Source: Felis catus (taxonomy: Eukaryota). From it: a stretch of DNA of 64,000 nt. Made by a program: the position numbers and the translations under genes. The number at the start of each line of letters is the position of its first letter. The first letter of the stretch is position 1. The notes beneath the pieces are model-generated. The model was not told the DNA's origin and did not search any database. It saw only the letters and a program-made list of their open reading frames with translations. The stretch is from assembly GCF_018350175.1 (NCBI RefSeq), contig NC_058373.1, forward strand, positions 73,470,001-73,534,000. The letters are read 5' to 3'. Below, piece after piece: positions 1 through 21,587 of the stretch.

Positions 1-387
1 AATAATAAATAAACATTAAAAAAAATTTTTTTACATAAACTTAAAAAAAAGTTAAAAAAAGAAAAAAATTACTTGGAGACAAATTTAAGACTTAAAATGG
101 AATTCAAATCAAGATTAAACAGCTGTGTCTAAAAACCGGTGAACTCAACTGCTTACTATAAGTAACATCATACGTTTGTTTAACAACCAAAGGTAATATA
201 TGTCACAGGCAGCTGTCAGACCCAATGCACAATGAAAAAAACTGAGGTTTTATGAACTGCCCAGAGCCACAAAGCTCAAATGGAAGAGCTGACTCTTGAT
301 TAAGGTCCCCTGACTCTAAGTCTAATGTCTTATCAAGTCGATCAAATTACCTCTCTCTCCTGTATTTTATAACTTAACTTTAAAGAT

Positions 388-990
388 TTTTCTAATTTTA
401 TTTTTTATTTTTTAAAATTTATATCCAAATGAGCATTTAGTGCAACAATGATTTCAGGAGTAGATTCCTTAGTGCCCCTTACCCATTTAGCCCATCCCCC
501 CTCCCACAACCCCTCCAGTAACCCTCAGTTTGTTCTCCATACTTGTGAGTCTCTTCTGTTTTGTCCCCCTCCCTGTTTTTACATTATTTTTGTTTCCCTT
601 CCTTTATGTTCATCTGTTTTGTCTCTTAAAGTCCTCATATGAGTGAAGTCATATGATTTTTGTCTTTCTCTGACTAATTTCACTTTGCACAATACCCTCC
701 AGCNNNNNNNNNNNNNNNNNNNNNNNNNNNNNNNNNNNNNNNNNNNNNNNNNNNNNNNNNNNNNNNNNNNNNNNNNNNNNNNNNNNNNNNNNNNNNNNNN
801 NNNNNNNNNNNNNNNNNNNNNNNNNNNNNNNTTTGGCTACTGTTGATAGTGTGCTATAAACATGGCGGTGCATGTGTCCCTTCAAAAGATCACACCTGTA
901 TCCCGTGGATAAATGCCTAGTAGTGCAATTGCTGGGTCGTTGGGTAGTTCTATTTTTAGTTTTTTGAGGAACCTCCATGCTGTTTTCCAG
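388..990 (-). mobile_element. 5'-truncated carnivore LINE-1 3' end with 12-bp TSD
   Basis: Poly-T then reverse-complement L1 3'UTR/ORF2 end; AACTTTAAAGAT at 376-387 and 991-1002; contains N-gap 704-831. Confidence 0.85.
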
Positions 991-1002
991 AACTTTAAAG
1001 AT

Positions 1003-1222
1003 CTTAAATTTTTTTTTTTAACGTTTATTTATTTTTGGGACAGAGAGAGACAGAGCATGAACGGGGGAGGGGCAGAGAGAGAGGGAGACACAGAATCGGA
1101 AACAGGCTCCAGGCTCTGAGCCATCAGCCCAGAGCCTGACGCGGGGCTCGAACTGACGGACCGTGAGATCGTGACCTGAGCTGAAGTCGGACGCTTAACC
1201 GACTGCGCAACCCAGGCGCCCC
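1003..1222 (-). mobile_element. Can-SINE (SINEC_Fc type, young)
   Basis: Minus strand: GGGGCGCCTGGG head, A/B boxes, (CT)n, A-tail; many CpGs retained. Confidence 0.92.
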
Positions 1223-1265
1223 GAACTTTAAAAAGAAGAGTACACAGCATTCTAATATGTCTAGA

Positions 1266-1266
1266 T

Positions 1267-1313
<47 letters not shown>

Positions 1314-1314
1314 T
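1266..1314 (+). repeat. (TTTA)n microsatellite
   Basis: About 12 perfect units. Confidence 0.95.
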
Positions 1315-1334
1315 GATTTGGGGGGTTTTTAAAA

Positions 1335-1642
1335 ATTTTTTAATATTTATTTCTGAGAGAGAGAAAGAGACAGTACGAGCCAGGGAGGGGCAGAGAGAGA
1401 GGAGACACAGAATCTGAAGCAGGCTCCAGGCTCTGAGCTGTTAGCACCAGAGTCTGATGTGGGGCTCCAACTCACAAGCTGTGAGGTCATGACTTGAGTC
1501 GAAGTCAGATGCTTAACTGACTGAGCCACCCAGATGTCCCTAAGATTTCATTTTTAAGTAATCCCTACGTCTAACATGGTGTTCAAACTTACAACCCTGA
1601 GTTCAAGAGTCACACTCTACAGACTAAGCCAGCCAGGCACCC
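1335..1642 (-). mobile_element. Two tandem Can-SINEs (full-length plus short variant)
   Basis: SINE heads near 1540 and 1642. Confidence 0.85.
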
Positions 1643-3109
1643 CAAGATGTCTAGTTTTAAATACATACTCATCTGAAGAATGATTGTTCTGACAGGTTTA
1701 TCAAAAGAATTACTCCCCTCAGTCACACCTTATTATGTGTCTTCTAGGTATGAGGCAGCATATACTTCAAAATATTAGGAACCTGGCTAATTTTAATACA
1801 TACTATTTGGCCTATTGTGGAAAAATGGTTCTTTAAAGGTTTTGATGTTCTGTTTCTTCCAGTCATTTTGGCTGCCAGGTCTATACAAGTTCTCTAGGTG
1901 TCATACAGCTCCTCTTTATATTTTTACAATCTTTTTCCTCCCCAAATGAAATGCTTCGGATTTCAGTAATTGCTCTCTGTTGACTGCTAGTACAGAGTAG
2001 GAATTACTTAAACGCACAAAAACTTTCACTTAAGTCCACAAACGAACCACCACCTATCAAGTAAAGTTTTCACTCAGGTACTCAGAAATGAATGAATCCC
2101 TTTAAGCAAAGATACACACAACACCAGCACATTTTGAAATGAAATCTCACTAGGTTTGGTGCATCTTTTCAGATATCCTAGAAGCAGTAAAGTCCCAAAC
2201 ACCATGCATTTTCACACTGGGAGTTTTCAAACTCTTCCCATGTCCCAAATTACGGGTCAAAGTCCATTCAATCCCATCCATTAAGACACTGTAAGAGCCT
2301 TAGTCCATCCCAGCTCCAAAGACTGCATTAAGGGCGGGCCCACAATCATGCAAGTCTCGGGGCTCTATCAACGCACAGTCAAGACCCAAACAAGCACTTA
2401 ACTTAGGCCCCACTGCTTAAGGGACAAAAGAGAGTGAAAAACCACTGTCAGCTCAGTTCAGGCAAAATTCACCACATGCTGAGTCCCAAAGGGTGATCAC
2501 CTCCTGGGTCCACAGTCACAGAGCTGGACACAAACACCTCCAAACTGAAGACAGCTTAATTAAGAACAGGAGCAGTAAGATAAAAAACATTCCCCATGCT
2601 GCGTAACAAGCCAAGGCTACACTTCAAAAAACGGTCCTTACTGTAAGCAACCGACTGGCATGGTCTCTGCGAGGGCCAGTGTCCCATGCTAAAAACCTCT
2701 TATGAAGCCTCACTATCCTCCGGTACAGCCACGGAATGTGTGGTTAAAAAAAGAGGGAAAGCCCCGAGGCGACAGAGTGAACACGAGTCTTCCAGAGACT
2801 GAAGACTGAGGAAGAAATCTCAGTTCCCTAGCCTCTCTCGGAGTGGTAGCACTAAGAGCTGAAACCCGAACCTGCGAGCTCTGTCAGACCGCCCCGGTAT
2901 GGACGACCCTAAACGTCAGGGCAGAGGGGACCTGGAAAGATATCAGTCACTGGGATCCTTAAGACAGCACCTTCACCATTAAGAGATATACCCACGAGGG
3001 TGCCGATCCCTAAATCCATGCCAGCGGGCTACATTTAGGTAGCGAACACTTCCAAATCAAAGTAAACAATTTTTCTTTGTTTGTTTTTAAAAGTTTGCCT
3101 GACTCTGCT

Positions 3110-3830
3110 CTTGACGCCATTTTCTGCCTGTGACGTCAGGGGGAGGCGCCGTGCGGCGACGTCACGCATAGGTGACGTCGCGGAGGGACCGGGTTTCGGG
3201 GTTTCTCACCAGTTCCGGGTCCCCGCAGGGGGCCCCGGTTTCCTCCGCTCCTTTGGGTGTGTTGGGGGCGCGAAGCAGGGCTATTTTCCAGAGTCTCAGC
3301 AGTAAAAGCAGCACTGCAGTCGGAGCTTCTCCTCTTCCCGCAAAATGGCGGCACCTCCGCTGTCTTCCAGAACTTTCCCCAATCTGCGCAGGCGCCGAAA
3401 CATTTAGGCGGTGGAACTAATCTCACTGGTTTCGCGGCAACAGTCCAAAGTCTAAATTTTCATTGGCCAAAACCCTAAGCATGGGTGGAGCCAAACTCAA
3501 ATGTTTCTTAGCAACCATCAAGTTCCCATTGATTGGCTAACCTCTCCCAGACACGGGAAAGTGGAAGCGTCCTACGGCGACCCGCCCGTAGCTCTCTCAT
3601 TGGTAGGCGACTCGAGGAAGGCGGAGAATGCGGGCAAAGAACCAGCGGGAATGACTTCCTACCCAGCTCCCGAGCTCCAGGCCAACGCCGGCAGGCAGAG
3701 CCGGCAAAGAGGTACAATTGACCTCTTTGCTAGTCCCTCCCTACTCTTGATTTGCCGAGGGTTGCGTCGGACTTACCTGTGACAGCTTTGGGGACACTGC
3801 GGCACACGTCAGGAGGGATGCCGAACTCCA
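3110..3830. promoter_or_regulatory. CpG-island promoter of RBM23, probably bidirectional
   Basis: High CpG density; CRE TGACGTCA 3131-3138; YY1 motifs CGCCATTTT 3115-3123 and AAAATGGCGG 3342-3351; ATTGG (CCAAT) boxes near 3462, 3532 and 3599. Confidence 0.75.
3210..3355 (-). other. RBM23: Probable non-coding first exon of RBM23; the rest of the gene lies left of the window
   Basis: CpG-rich region ~1.3 kb downstream of the PRMT5 poly(A) signal; minus-strand donor CTG|GTGAGA (GT at 3209-3208); YY1-type GCCGCCATTTTG near the presumed start. Name rests on recalled synteny; no coding sequence in the window; 5' boundary approximate. Confidence 0.55.
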
Positions 3831-4688
3831 CATCCCCATTCTGAGCTGGCTGTCTACACAACCCTCCCAACCATCTCCTCTTGCCCTTAGTGCTTTGGCC
3901 CCAGGAAACACAAGTCTTGTAACAGATTTGTCTTCTTTCACATTCTGTCATATCGTCATTACCTGGTCCCACAGCTCACACGCCTCCCACTCCAAGAGTA
4001 AACCTGGAAGATTCTCCTGGGACTCCGTGGGTGCAATACTCAGCCCTCTCTAACCAGAAAGAGAAGGAACTAAGGTCCATTCTCACATTCCAAGGGCTTC
4101 CGTAATCCCCACACTTCACTTGCCCCATACGTGCTGCCAAAAACATAGCTGGTTATAACATCAAGAGAGCCAGAGTCAGAGGATGTGTTCCAGTCTTGAA
4201 TACTAACTTCGTATCTATCAGTTTGATTCCTCCTCTGTAAAATGGAGAATTGGACTCTTAGGACTTCAAACTCTCACCTTGTGATTTTATTCAAACAAAA
4301 CAGGTGCCTTCTTGCCGGCGATGCCTGGATGGCTTCCAGCTTCCCTTCCAAGAGGTAGCAAAGGAGCTGGTGGTGCAGCAGCTCAGAAAAGTGGAAGGGA
4401 AGCTGGCTTCACTCACTACTACATCTTTCTCCATAGTGGCAAAATTTCATCCCCAGAGAAAAGCCTAATCACAGGACCTAATGTACAAGACCTCTTTGCA
4501 GCTGGCCGAAAAGGCCTACAGCCAGGAGTCCAAGAGTGACCATTAAGCTTCCTGAATAGGGAACAGTTTTAGGGCGCTTTGAATCTTGCATAAGGGCACA
4601 GATCTGAATATGCCTAGGTTTAAGTAAAGTGTGGGAAAGCAGAGGCAGGGGGCAACAGGGTTGGAGCAGGAAAAGGCTATAACTTCAC

Positions 4689-4694
4689 TTTATT
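4689..4694 (-). terminator. PRMT5 polyadenylation signal AATAAA
   Basis: tttatt on + strand, ~370 nt after the PRMT5 stop codon. Confidence 0.75.
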
Positions 4695-5062
4695 TGTATT
4701 TCCTCCCACACAAAACCATCAAAACAGGAACAGAGATGGGCAGGGAAAAGGGCTGAAAATTTGTTCAATCCACATGTTCTCAGGGCTATTCCAGGGAGCA
4801 CTTGAGGCCGAATGCCTGTTGGAGTAGCTTCAGATCCAGCACTAATTCCTCCCACCCTGGCCTGAAGTCTTCACAGATTGGTGGCTCGAGCCCTGCAATT
4901 AATTCTCATCCTTTGCCCACCTTGATGTAAGGCAGGAAAGCAGACTGAAATGCTCCACTCTGATGGGCAAGGGGAATCACAGCCCACAGATGTACTGCAC
5001 TTTCTGTGCTACAGGAGCAGAACTTGAAGCTGCTTCCAAGGTCTCAACACTTGTAGGCAGGG

Positions 5063-14150
<9,088 letters not shown>

Positions 14151-14151
14151 A

Positions 14152-14224
14152 GGGCCAGTGGCGCAATGGATAACGCGTCTGACTACGGATCAGAAGATTC
14201 CAGGTTCGACTCCTGGCTGGCTCG
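14152..14224 (+). tRNA. tRNA-Arg (anticodon ACG)
   Basis: GGGCCAGTGGCGCAATGGATAACGCGTCTGACTACGGATCAGAAGATTCCAGGTTCGACTCCTGGCTGGCTCG: 73 nt, intact A and B boxes, cloverleaf, anticodon loop CTACGGA. Confidence 0.98.
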
Positions 14225-14961
14225 GCGGGACTGAGACTCCTTTATTGCATCGCATGCGACACGGCCTTAAGCAAAATCTTTTAAATCTCCCTTCCTTTCC
14301 TTACACTCTTAGAAGTTTCCTCTTTTATCTTTTCGCAGCTTCGTTTTATAGGTCTTAATTTGACTGAGTTCTGCAGCCATCTTATGTCAGCTTTTTCCGT
14401 TACCTAATTCAGAAATGACTCTTGTGTCACTACTTGCTTAGGTCCATCTAAGCAAGAGAATTGAGTTAATGGCTGGTGCTCTTAAAATGGGCTTTGTATG
14501 GGCCTTCGTATATTTACAAATAGATTGTGGAAACTCAGCCACTAATTCCTTGTGATTTTATATCTCAACACAAAAGGTAAACACACACACTCACACATTC
14601 GTGGTAAGGGATTACAGCGAAGAGGAGTCATGAAGTGCCTGGAGGAGGCCTGGGAAAATATATACACTCTTGTTAGAGGGATGGAAAGAAGCAGAGGAAT
14701 GAAGCAAGGGAAGACACGGGGAGGAGAAAGGGAATACCTGAAGGCGGGGAGCCCAGAGGTGTTGAGGGCCTGGGAGCAGGGATGGAAAAGAGAACACAGT
14801 GCAAAAAGCCCGAAGAAGGAGGCGTTGGCAGAACTTAGGGACTGCTTCGCAGGGCTCCAGGAAAGAGGAGTCTGGGTTCTGGCCTCTGTGAGTGAAACAA
14901 GAAAGGAGAGAAGCGGGTTTAGGGAGAATCAAAGTTCGGGTTTAGAAGTGCTGAATTGATT

Positions 14962-14980
14962 GGGCGCCTAGGGGGCGCTG
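14962..14980 (+). promoter_or_regulatory. Candidate CTCF motif
   Basis: GGGCGCCTAGGGGGCGCTG resembles the CTCF core CCASYAGRKGGCRS with 5' mismatches. Confidence 0.45.
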
Positions 14981-15309
14981 TGTAATAGAGAGTTGGATGA
15001 ACAGTGAGTGATCTGATCTGAACCAGAGAAGATTTAGAAATGCCAGAAGAGAGGTAGTGATGAAAGCCACGAGACTGAATGAGATCATCCTGGACCGTTG
15101 GGGACAAAGTCCTTGGAAACATGGAAAGGGTGTGGATAGGATAAGCTCTAAAGAGCTCTGGGTGCAACGATAAATGCTCCAGAAGGACGAAAGTCAAAAA
15201 GCCAAACAACTAAGAAAAGGCATACAAAAAGCCTCAAGTGGTTGGAAGTGCTTTTGTCCCATCATTACTAGTACACCTACTACAAACTACTACTAGTAGA
15301 CTTTATTTC

Positions 15310-15512
15310 TTTGCTTAAGTTTATTTATCTATTTTGAGAAAGAGAGCACAAGCAGGGAAGGGGCAGAGAGAGAGAGGGGGAGAGAATTCCAAGCAGGCTC
15401 CACACCATCAACACAGAGCCCCATTTGGGGCTCTGACTCACCAATCATGAGATCATGACCTGGGTGGAGATCAAGATTCGGACCCTTAACCGGCTGAGCC
15501 ACCCAGGCACCC
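15310..15512 (-). mobile_element. Can-SINE
   Basis: Typical head and tail on minus strand. Confidence 0.88.
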
Positions 15513-15524
15513 CTAGCACTTTAT

Positions 15525-16215
15525 TTGCTAAAACAGTTTTAGATTTACAGAATGATTGAGCAGATAGTACAGTGAGTTCCCATGTGCCTCCCCAGAGCTC
15601 TCTTTGTTATTAAGATCTTCACATGTATGGTACATTTATTATAATTCAGGGACCAATATTGATAAATTATTATTATCAAAGTCCATAGTTTATTCAGATT
15701 TCCTTAGTGTTTACCTAATGTCCTCTTTCTGTTACAAGATCCAATCCAGAATACTGTGTTACATATAGTTGTCATGTCTCCTTAGGCTCCTCTGGGCTGT
15801 GACAAGTTTCTCAGTTGTTCCTTGTTTTTGATGGCCTTGATAGTTTTGAGAAGTACTGGTCAGGCATACTATAGGATGCCCCTCTGTTGGAATTTAGTTT
15901 GTCTGATTGTTTTCTCATGATTAGACTGGGATTATGGGTTTGGGGAGGAAGATCACAGAGGTGAAGTATCATTTTCATAATATATCAATAGTACATACTA
16001 TCAACATAATTTATGACTGTTGATGTTGACCTTTATCACCTGGCAAGAGTAGTATTTATCAGGTTCCTCCACTGTAAAATTACACTCTCCTCACCCCCTC
16101 CCATCCTGTGCTCTTTGGGAGGAAGTCACCATGTGCATCCCACACTTAAGGAGTAGAGAGTTCCGCTGACCCTCCTTTAGGGTGGAGTGTCAACAATATT
16201 TATTTGGAATTCTTC
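15525..16215 (-). mobile_element. Old LINE-1 (L1M-type) 3'UTR fragment
   Basis: Motifs such as AGTTTTAGATTTACAG...GAGTTCCCAT and TTCTCATGATTAGACTGGGATTATGGGTTTGGGGAGGAAGATCACAGAGGTGAAGT; subfamily not determined. Confidence 0.7.
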
Positions 16216-17519
16216 CCTGCAGGTCTTATGAGTAGGTGGTTGTCCACAGGAAGTGGGTGAGTGCTCTACCAACATTTTAAGAGGTAAAGAAGAGTTTTCA
16301 GGGGGCCTGCTTGTTCTCTGCCCCAGCTGTGCCCAACCAAGCTCTACATTCAGAGAAGACTTATGAGATGTGGTTTCTTCTTCGGAAGCTAATTATCTGG
16401 GTTGTGGACCATCTGTGCTCCTGGCATCTTCCTCCTGATGTCAAGCTGGTGGCTGCTCTTGGCTGTTGGTTGTTAACTAACCCATCCATGAGTAAGAGAG
16501 AGAGAGAGAGGAAAATCTATAAAACAGTAATGTCAGTTTTGCCATCATTAAAATAATTTTCAAAAGAATATGTGTAAAAAGGGCTTGGAATTTGTTTGGC
16601 CTTAAAATAAATTCACATGGGCTGCATTTCAATTCTCTGTAATGTCTTTGGTTTTTCATTCAAGATGGCCTCAGCTCTAAGGCAAGCATGATGCTGAACA
16701 GCTCACAATAATTCCATACCATGTTGTTCCCAGTCTTTCCTGCAGCACTTACCTGTGACTTAAAAAAAAAATACAGCAAATACTATGGGTCTATCTATAT
16801 GAACCAGAGAGAAGCAGAAGGCAAGGAGTGAAAAAGATACAGAGAACTTTGTCAAGGACTTGGCCCTAAGCATAAAGTCAGAGCTGGCAAAGTCTGTCTT
16901 CTGTTCTGACTCCCTCTGCCCTGCCCTCCGTGCTGAACTCTTGTGCTCAGAAACATGTAAGTCACTGACAGAAGGCCTCCAGATCCAAGCCTTTGCTGAG
17001 ATGAGGGTAGGGAGATGGTAGGACAGTGGGGCAGATACAATATTATTTTCTCCCAACAGGAGCCAGTGACCAACAGGCAAAGCACTGGAAACTCCTCTGG
17101 AAAGGAAACAGTATCCTCTCCCAGATAATTCTCTCCTTACCCCCCCCCCCACCCCCACCCTTCCACACCATCCCTAACCCTGCCTGGCATTCCTCACCTT
17201 CAGGCCCAGTTCTTCTACCTGATCCTGTTTTTGTGACCTTGTTTAAACACCTCCAGCCCATTGTAAATGCTCCTTTCATCTCTGGTGCTCAGCTCCTCCC
17301 TCAGCACTTGCCTCCCTCCCCAGGACCCCTTCACTCACCTCTGTGCCTGCCCAGCCAGCTACACTCTTCAACACCAAAATAATGGACCGTTTGACCCTCC
17401 TACTGCTCCAAATTGCGCCTGTACAATCAAGGCTGTCCTACAGCTACAAAAGTGGCGGAGTTACTGAGGCAAAATAATCTGTGCCGATTTGCATTCTCTT
17501 CCTTGTCATCTCTATTATA

Positions 17520-20500
17520 CAGTGTTTATCTGTCAAAATGAATAGAAAGTAGAAACTGTTCTGGAACATAGAAAAAGATGGAAAACTACCCAATTTGTTT
17601 ACGAAGCCAGAATATACCTAATATCAAAACCTGTCAGAAATAGCACCCCCTCAAAAAAACCCTATAGACAAATCTCACTTATGCTGCACATAAATGTAAA
17701 AATAAAAAATATTTAAGATTAATACATAAAGGTCAACAGTATATTAATATAATAATTATATACCACAACCAATTAGAGCTTAATCTCAGGATTTAAGACA
17801 AGATTAGGTATTAGGAAATTTATTTATATAAAAGGTCAAAATAAACCAAACAAAAAAAATTTGATCATTTTTTAATAGTCACCAAAGAGAATGTGGCAAA
17901 TCAATTCCATTTTCTGTAAACACTCCTAATCGTGTTAATATTCTTCATATATAAACACATGTATTTATATACATGAAGTCAACAGTTTATGTAAAAAAAA
18001 GAATGTCTACTTTCATCACTGTGTTATTTAATATTATTCTGAAAAATCAAATAAAATAGGCTGGAAATTTGAAAAAGGGGTTATAGCTTTTGGAAAGAGA
18101 GAAGCAAATTTATCACTGTTTGCAGATGATATAATTGTATACATAGAAAATCCGTAAGAATCTATTTTAAAATGATGAGAACTGAAAAAAAAAGGGGAGG
18201 GGGCACCTGAGTGGCTCAGTTGGTTAAGTGTCTGACTTCAGCTCAGGTCATGATCTTGCGGTTGCGGTCTGTGAGTTCAAATCCGGCGTCTGGCTTTGTG
18301 CTGACAGCTCAGAGACTGGAGCCTGCTTTGGATTCCGTGTCTCCCTCCCTCCTGTAGCCTTTTAAATGCTGAGAATAACCAGTTAGAAGACATAATTAAT
18401 AAAAAATATCCCAAAAACATGATAGTTAAGATTATGGACTGTGAAGAGGTGCCTGGCTGGCTCAGTCAGTGGAGCATATGACTTTTGTGGGATTGTGGGT
18501 TCAAGACCGACCGTGGTTACAGAGATTACTTAAAAATAAAATTTTGGGAGTACCTAGGTGGCTCAGTTAGTGAAGCATCTGACTTTAGCGGTCATGATCT
18601 CACAGTTCATGGGTTCAAGCCCTGCGTCAGGCTCTATGCTGACAGCTGAGAGCCTGGAGCCTGCTTTGGATTCTGTGTCTCCCTCTTTGCCCCCCACCCC
18701 CACCACTTGTGCTTCTTCTCTCTCTCTCTCAAAACTAAATAAGCATTAAAATTTAAAAAAATAATAAAATCTTTATATATATAAAAAAAGACGGGACTAT
18801 GGAGCCAGATGGAAAGAGATTAAAGTTCTGTTCTTCCATTTACTAGCCACATGAGCATAAACATCTCTGGCCTCGGTTTCCTCATCCATAAGATGGGAAT
18901 GTAAATAACAGTTTTTATCTATTGAGAATTAGTTAAGTTTAAATGTTTATTTATTCTGAGAGAGAGCAAGCAGGGGAGGGGCAGAGAGAGAGAGAGAGAG
19001 AGGGAGAGAGAAATCCCAAGCAGGCTCTGTGCTGACAAAGCCCAATGACTCAGGGCTCCAACTCAAGAACCATGAGATCATGACCTGAGCCGAAATCAAG
19101 AATCAGTGCTCAACTGACTGAGCCACCCAGGCACCCTGATGATTAGTTCAGTTTAAATTAATTAAAATAGCAACACACTTTCCTGCACATAGTAAGCCTT
19201 CAATATTGTGATTAGGAGGCGCCTGGGTGGCTCAGTCGGTTAAGCGTCCGACTTCTGCTCAGGTCATGATCTCGTGGTCCGTGGGTTTGAGCCCCGCGTC
19301 GGGCTCTGTGCTGACAGCCCACAGCCTGGAGCCTGTTTTGGATTCTGTGTCTCCCTCTTTCTCTGACCCTTCCCTGTTCATGCTCTCTCTCTGTCTCAAA
19401 AATAAATAAATGTTAAAAAATTAAAAAAAAAAATACCGTGATTAGTATTTTCCCCATTCACAGTGGTAACAATAACACTGCTATAAAATACTTAGTTGTA
19501 ACCTTACTGAAAAATGTGAGGAACCTATATAAAGAAAACAATAGGGGCACCTGAGTGGCTCAGTTGGTTAAGCATCCAACTCTTGATTTCAGTTCAGGTT
19601 CATGAGATCAAGCCCCATGTCAGGCTCTGCACTGACAGCGTGGAGACTGCTTGGAATTCTCTCTCCTCTCTCTGCCCCTCCCCTGCTTGCACACACTCTC
19701 TCTCTCTAAATAAATAAATAAACATTAAAAAAAGAAGAAAACTACAAAGTTTTGCTGATACAATGAAAGAGAAAAAAAAGGAGACAGCCGTGTTCTTACA
19801 AAAAATGAATCTCATAAAGATGTCAATTCTTACAAAATTAATTTCTCACTTTTACAACATTCAATCACAATTCTAATGGAATCTTTTGTTACTTGACAAA
19901 ATGATTCCACTGTTCATCTGTATAAAAATCAGACAAGAAAAGCAAAGAAAATTTTAAAAAAGAGGAGAGTGAAGGAATTTATTCTATAGTTTTAGCCCTT
20001 TACCTCAAACCCCTTTATGAAATAAGCAATGTATAAATAAAGAGACACAATGTGCAGTTGGTATAAGAATAGAGAGAATAAAAGAGCTAAACCAATAGTC
20101 CAGAAACAGACCAGTTGTATGTGTGTACATGTTTGTGATTAAAAATGATTTTATTTGTAATAATAAAAACAGCTAACAATTACTGAGCCCTTCTTTTGTG
20201 TCAGGTTCTATGAAAAGCATTCCACATTTATAAGAACGCTGTGAGGTAGGAAATATTATTCTTTCAGTCTTAGAAAGATTAAGTGAGCTGCCCCTCTAAG
20301 AAAGAGTTTAAATGGGGTACAAACTCAGGTCAACAGACTCTAGAGCCTTCGATCTTAACCTTAAGATATATCATCTATAATTTTCCTTCTAGAAAGCTAT
20401 CCTACTATCTTAGACAATCTTTCCAAACTAGGACAAAGATTAATTAAGAGAAATGCTTAGTGTAGCATTTTTTTTATGATTACAAAGAATGTAAAACAAC

Positions 20501-20730
20501 AACTTGGATACCCTATAGGGGTATGGTTAAATAAATCATCCATGCAATGAAATCTTAAGCAGCCATTAAAATCAATGTTGCCAGAGAAAATTTAATAGCA
20601 TGGAGGACCACTCAATGATATGCTATTCTGTGACACAGATTACAAACTGTATACACAGAATGACTTTGATATGTGGGAAAAAAGTGGTATTTTCCAAATT
20701 TTCTGTAATAAATGTGTTTATATTATATGG
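17520..20730 (+). mobile_element. Degenerate old LINE-1 ORF2/3' fragments interrupted by several Can-SINEs (18199-18352 +, 18447-18765 +, 18935-19136 -, 19215-19432 +, 19544-19735 +)
   Basis: A-rich, with L1 RT remnant TCACTGTTTGCAGATGATATAATTGTATACATAGAAAATCC (SLFADDIIVYIENP) at ~18113-18153. Confidence 0.75.
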
Positions 20731-20736
20731 AAGACA

Positions 20737-20960
20737 TTTTTAAAGTTTATTTATTTATTGAGAGAGAATGAGTGGAGGAGGGCAGAGAGAAAGGGGGACA
20801 GAAGATCCAAAGTGGGCTCTGTGATGACAGCAGAGAGGCCAATGTGGGGCTCAAACTCATGAACTGTGAGATCATGACCTAAGCTGAAGTCGGACACTTA
20901 ACCAACTGAGCCACCCAGGTGCTCCTGGAAGACTTTTCTTTAAATTTTATTTATTTTAAC

Positions 20961-21021
<61 letters not shown>

Positions 21022-21140
21022 CTCAAGCAGGCTCCAAGTGCAGCACAGAGCCTGATGTGGGACTCAATCCCACAATCCTGGGATCATGATCTGAGCTGAA
21101 ACCAAGAGTTGTATGCTCAACTGACTGAGCCAAGTGCCCC
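20737..21140 (-). mobile_element. Two Can-SINEs, the second with an expanded (GA)n at ~20968-21018
   Basis: Heads near 20925 and 21140. Confidence 0.85.
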
Positions 21141-21141
21141 A

Positions 21142-21410
21142 GTTTAAGGCCTTTAGAGCAAAAACTGAGGTTTCCCGCTGAAGAAGAAATTCTGCCTCAA
21201 GACAGGAGCATCACTTCTGCCAGAGTTTCCTGCCTACAGCCTGCGCTATAAATTTCAGAATTGCCAGCCCCACAATCATATGAGCCAATTCCTTAAAATA
21301 AATCTTTTTATCTAATTAATATAATATAATAAATATAATAATATAACATACATATTAATATAATATAATCATATAATCATAGGTTCCGTTACTTGGGAGA
21401 GCCCTGACCT
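21142..21410 (+). mobile_element. MLT2-like (ERVL) LTR fragment
   Basis: ACTGAGGTTTCCC..GAAGAAATTCTGCCTCAAGAC..GAGCCAATTCCTTAAAATAAATC; recalled similarity. Confidence 0.6.
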
Positions 21411-21587
21411 TGCTCTTTGGATAACCCTTTTCTAAACTCTGGGCTAATTGTTTACTTTTCATTATACATTCTTTCTTCAGCCAGGCTTGGTACACTTAAG
21501 TGTCTCTAAATTTCACTGTATTTTTCTGAGACTAGGAAAGCCACTTAGGCTAGACCTCAGCCACTCAAATACATACCATTTTTACTG

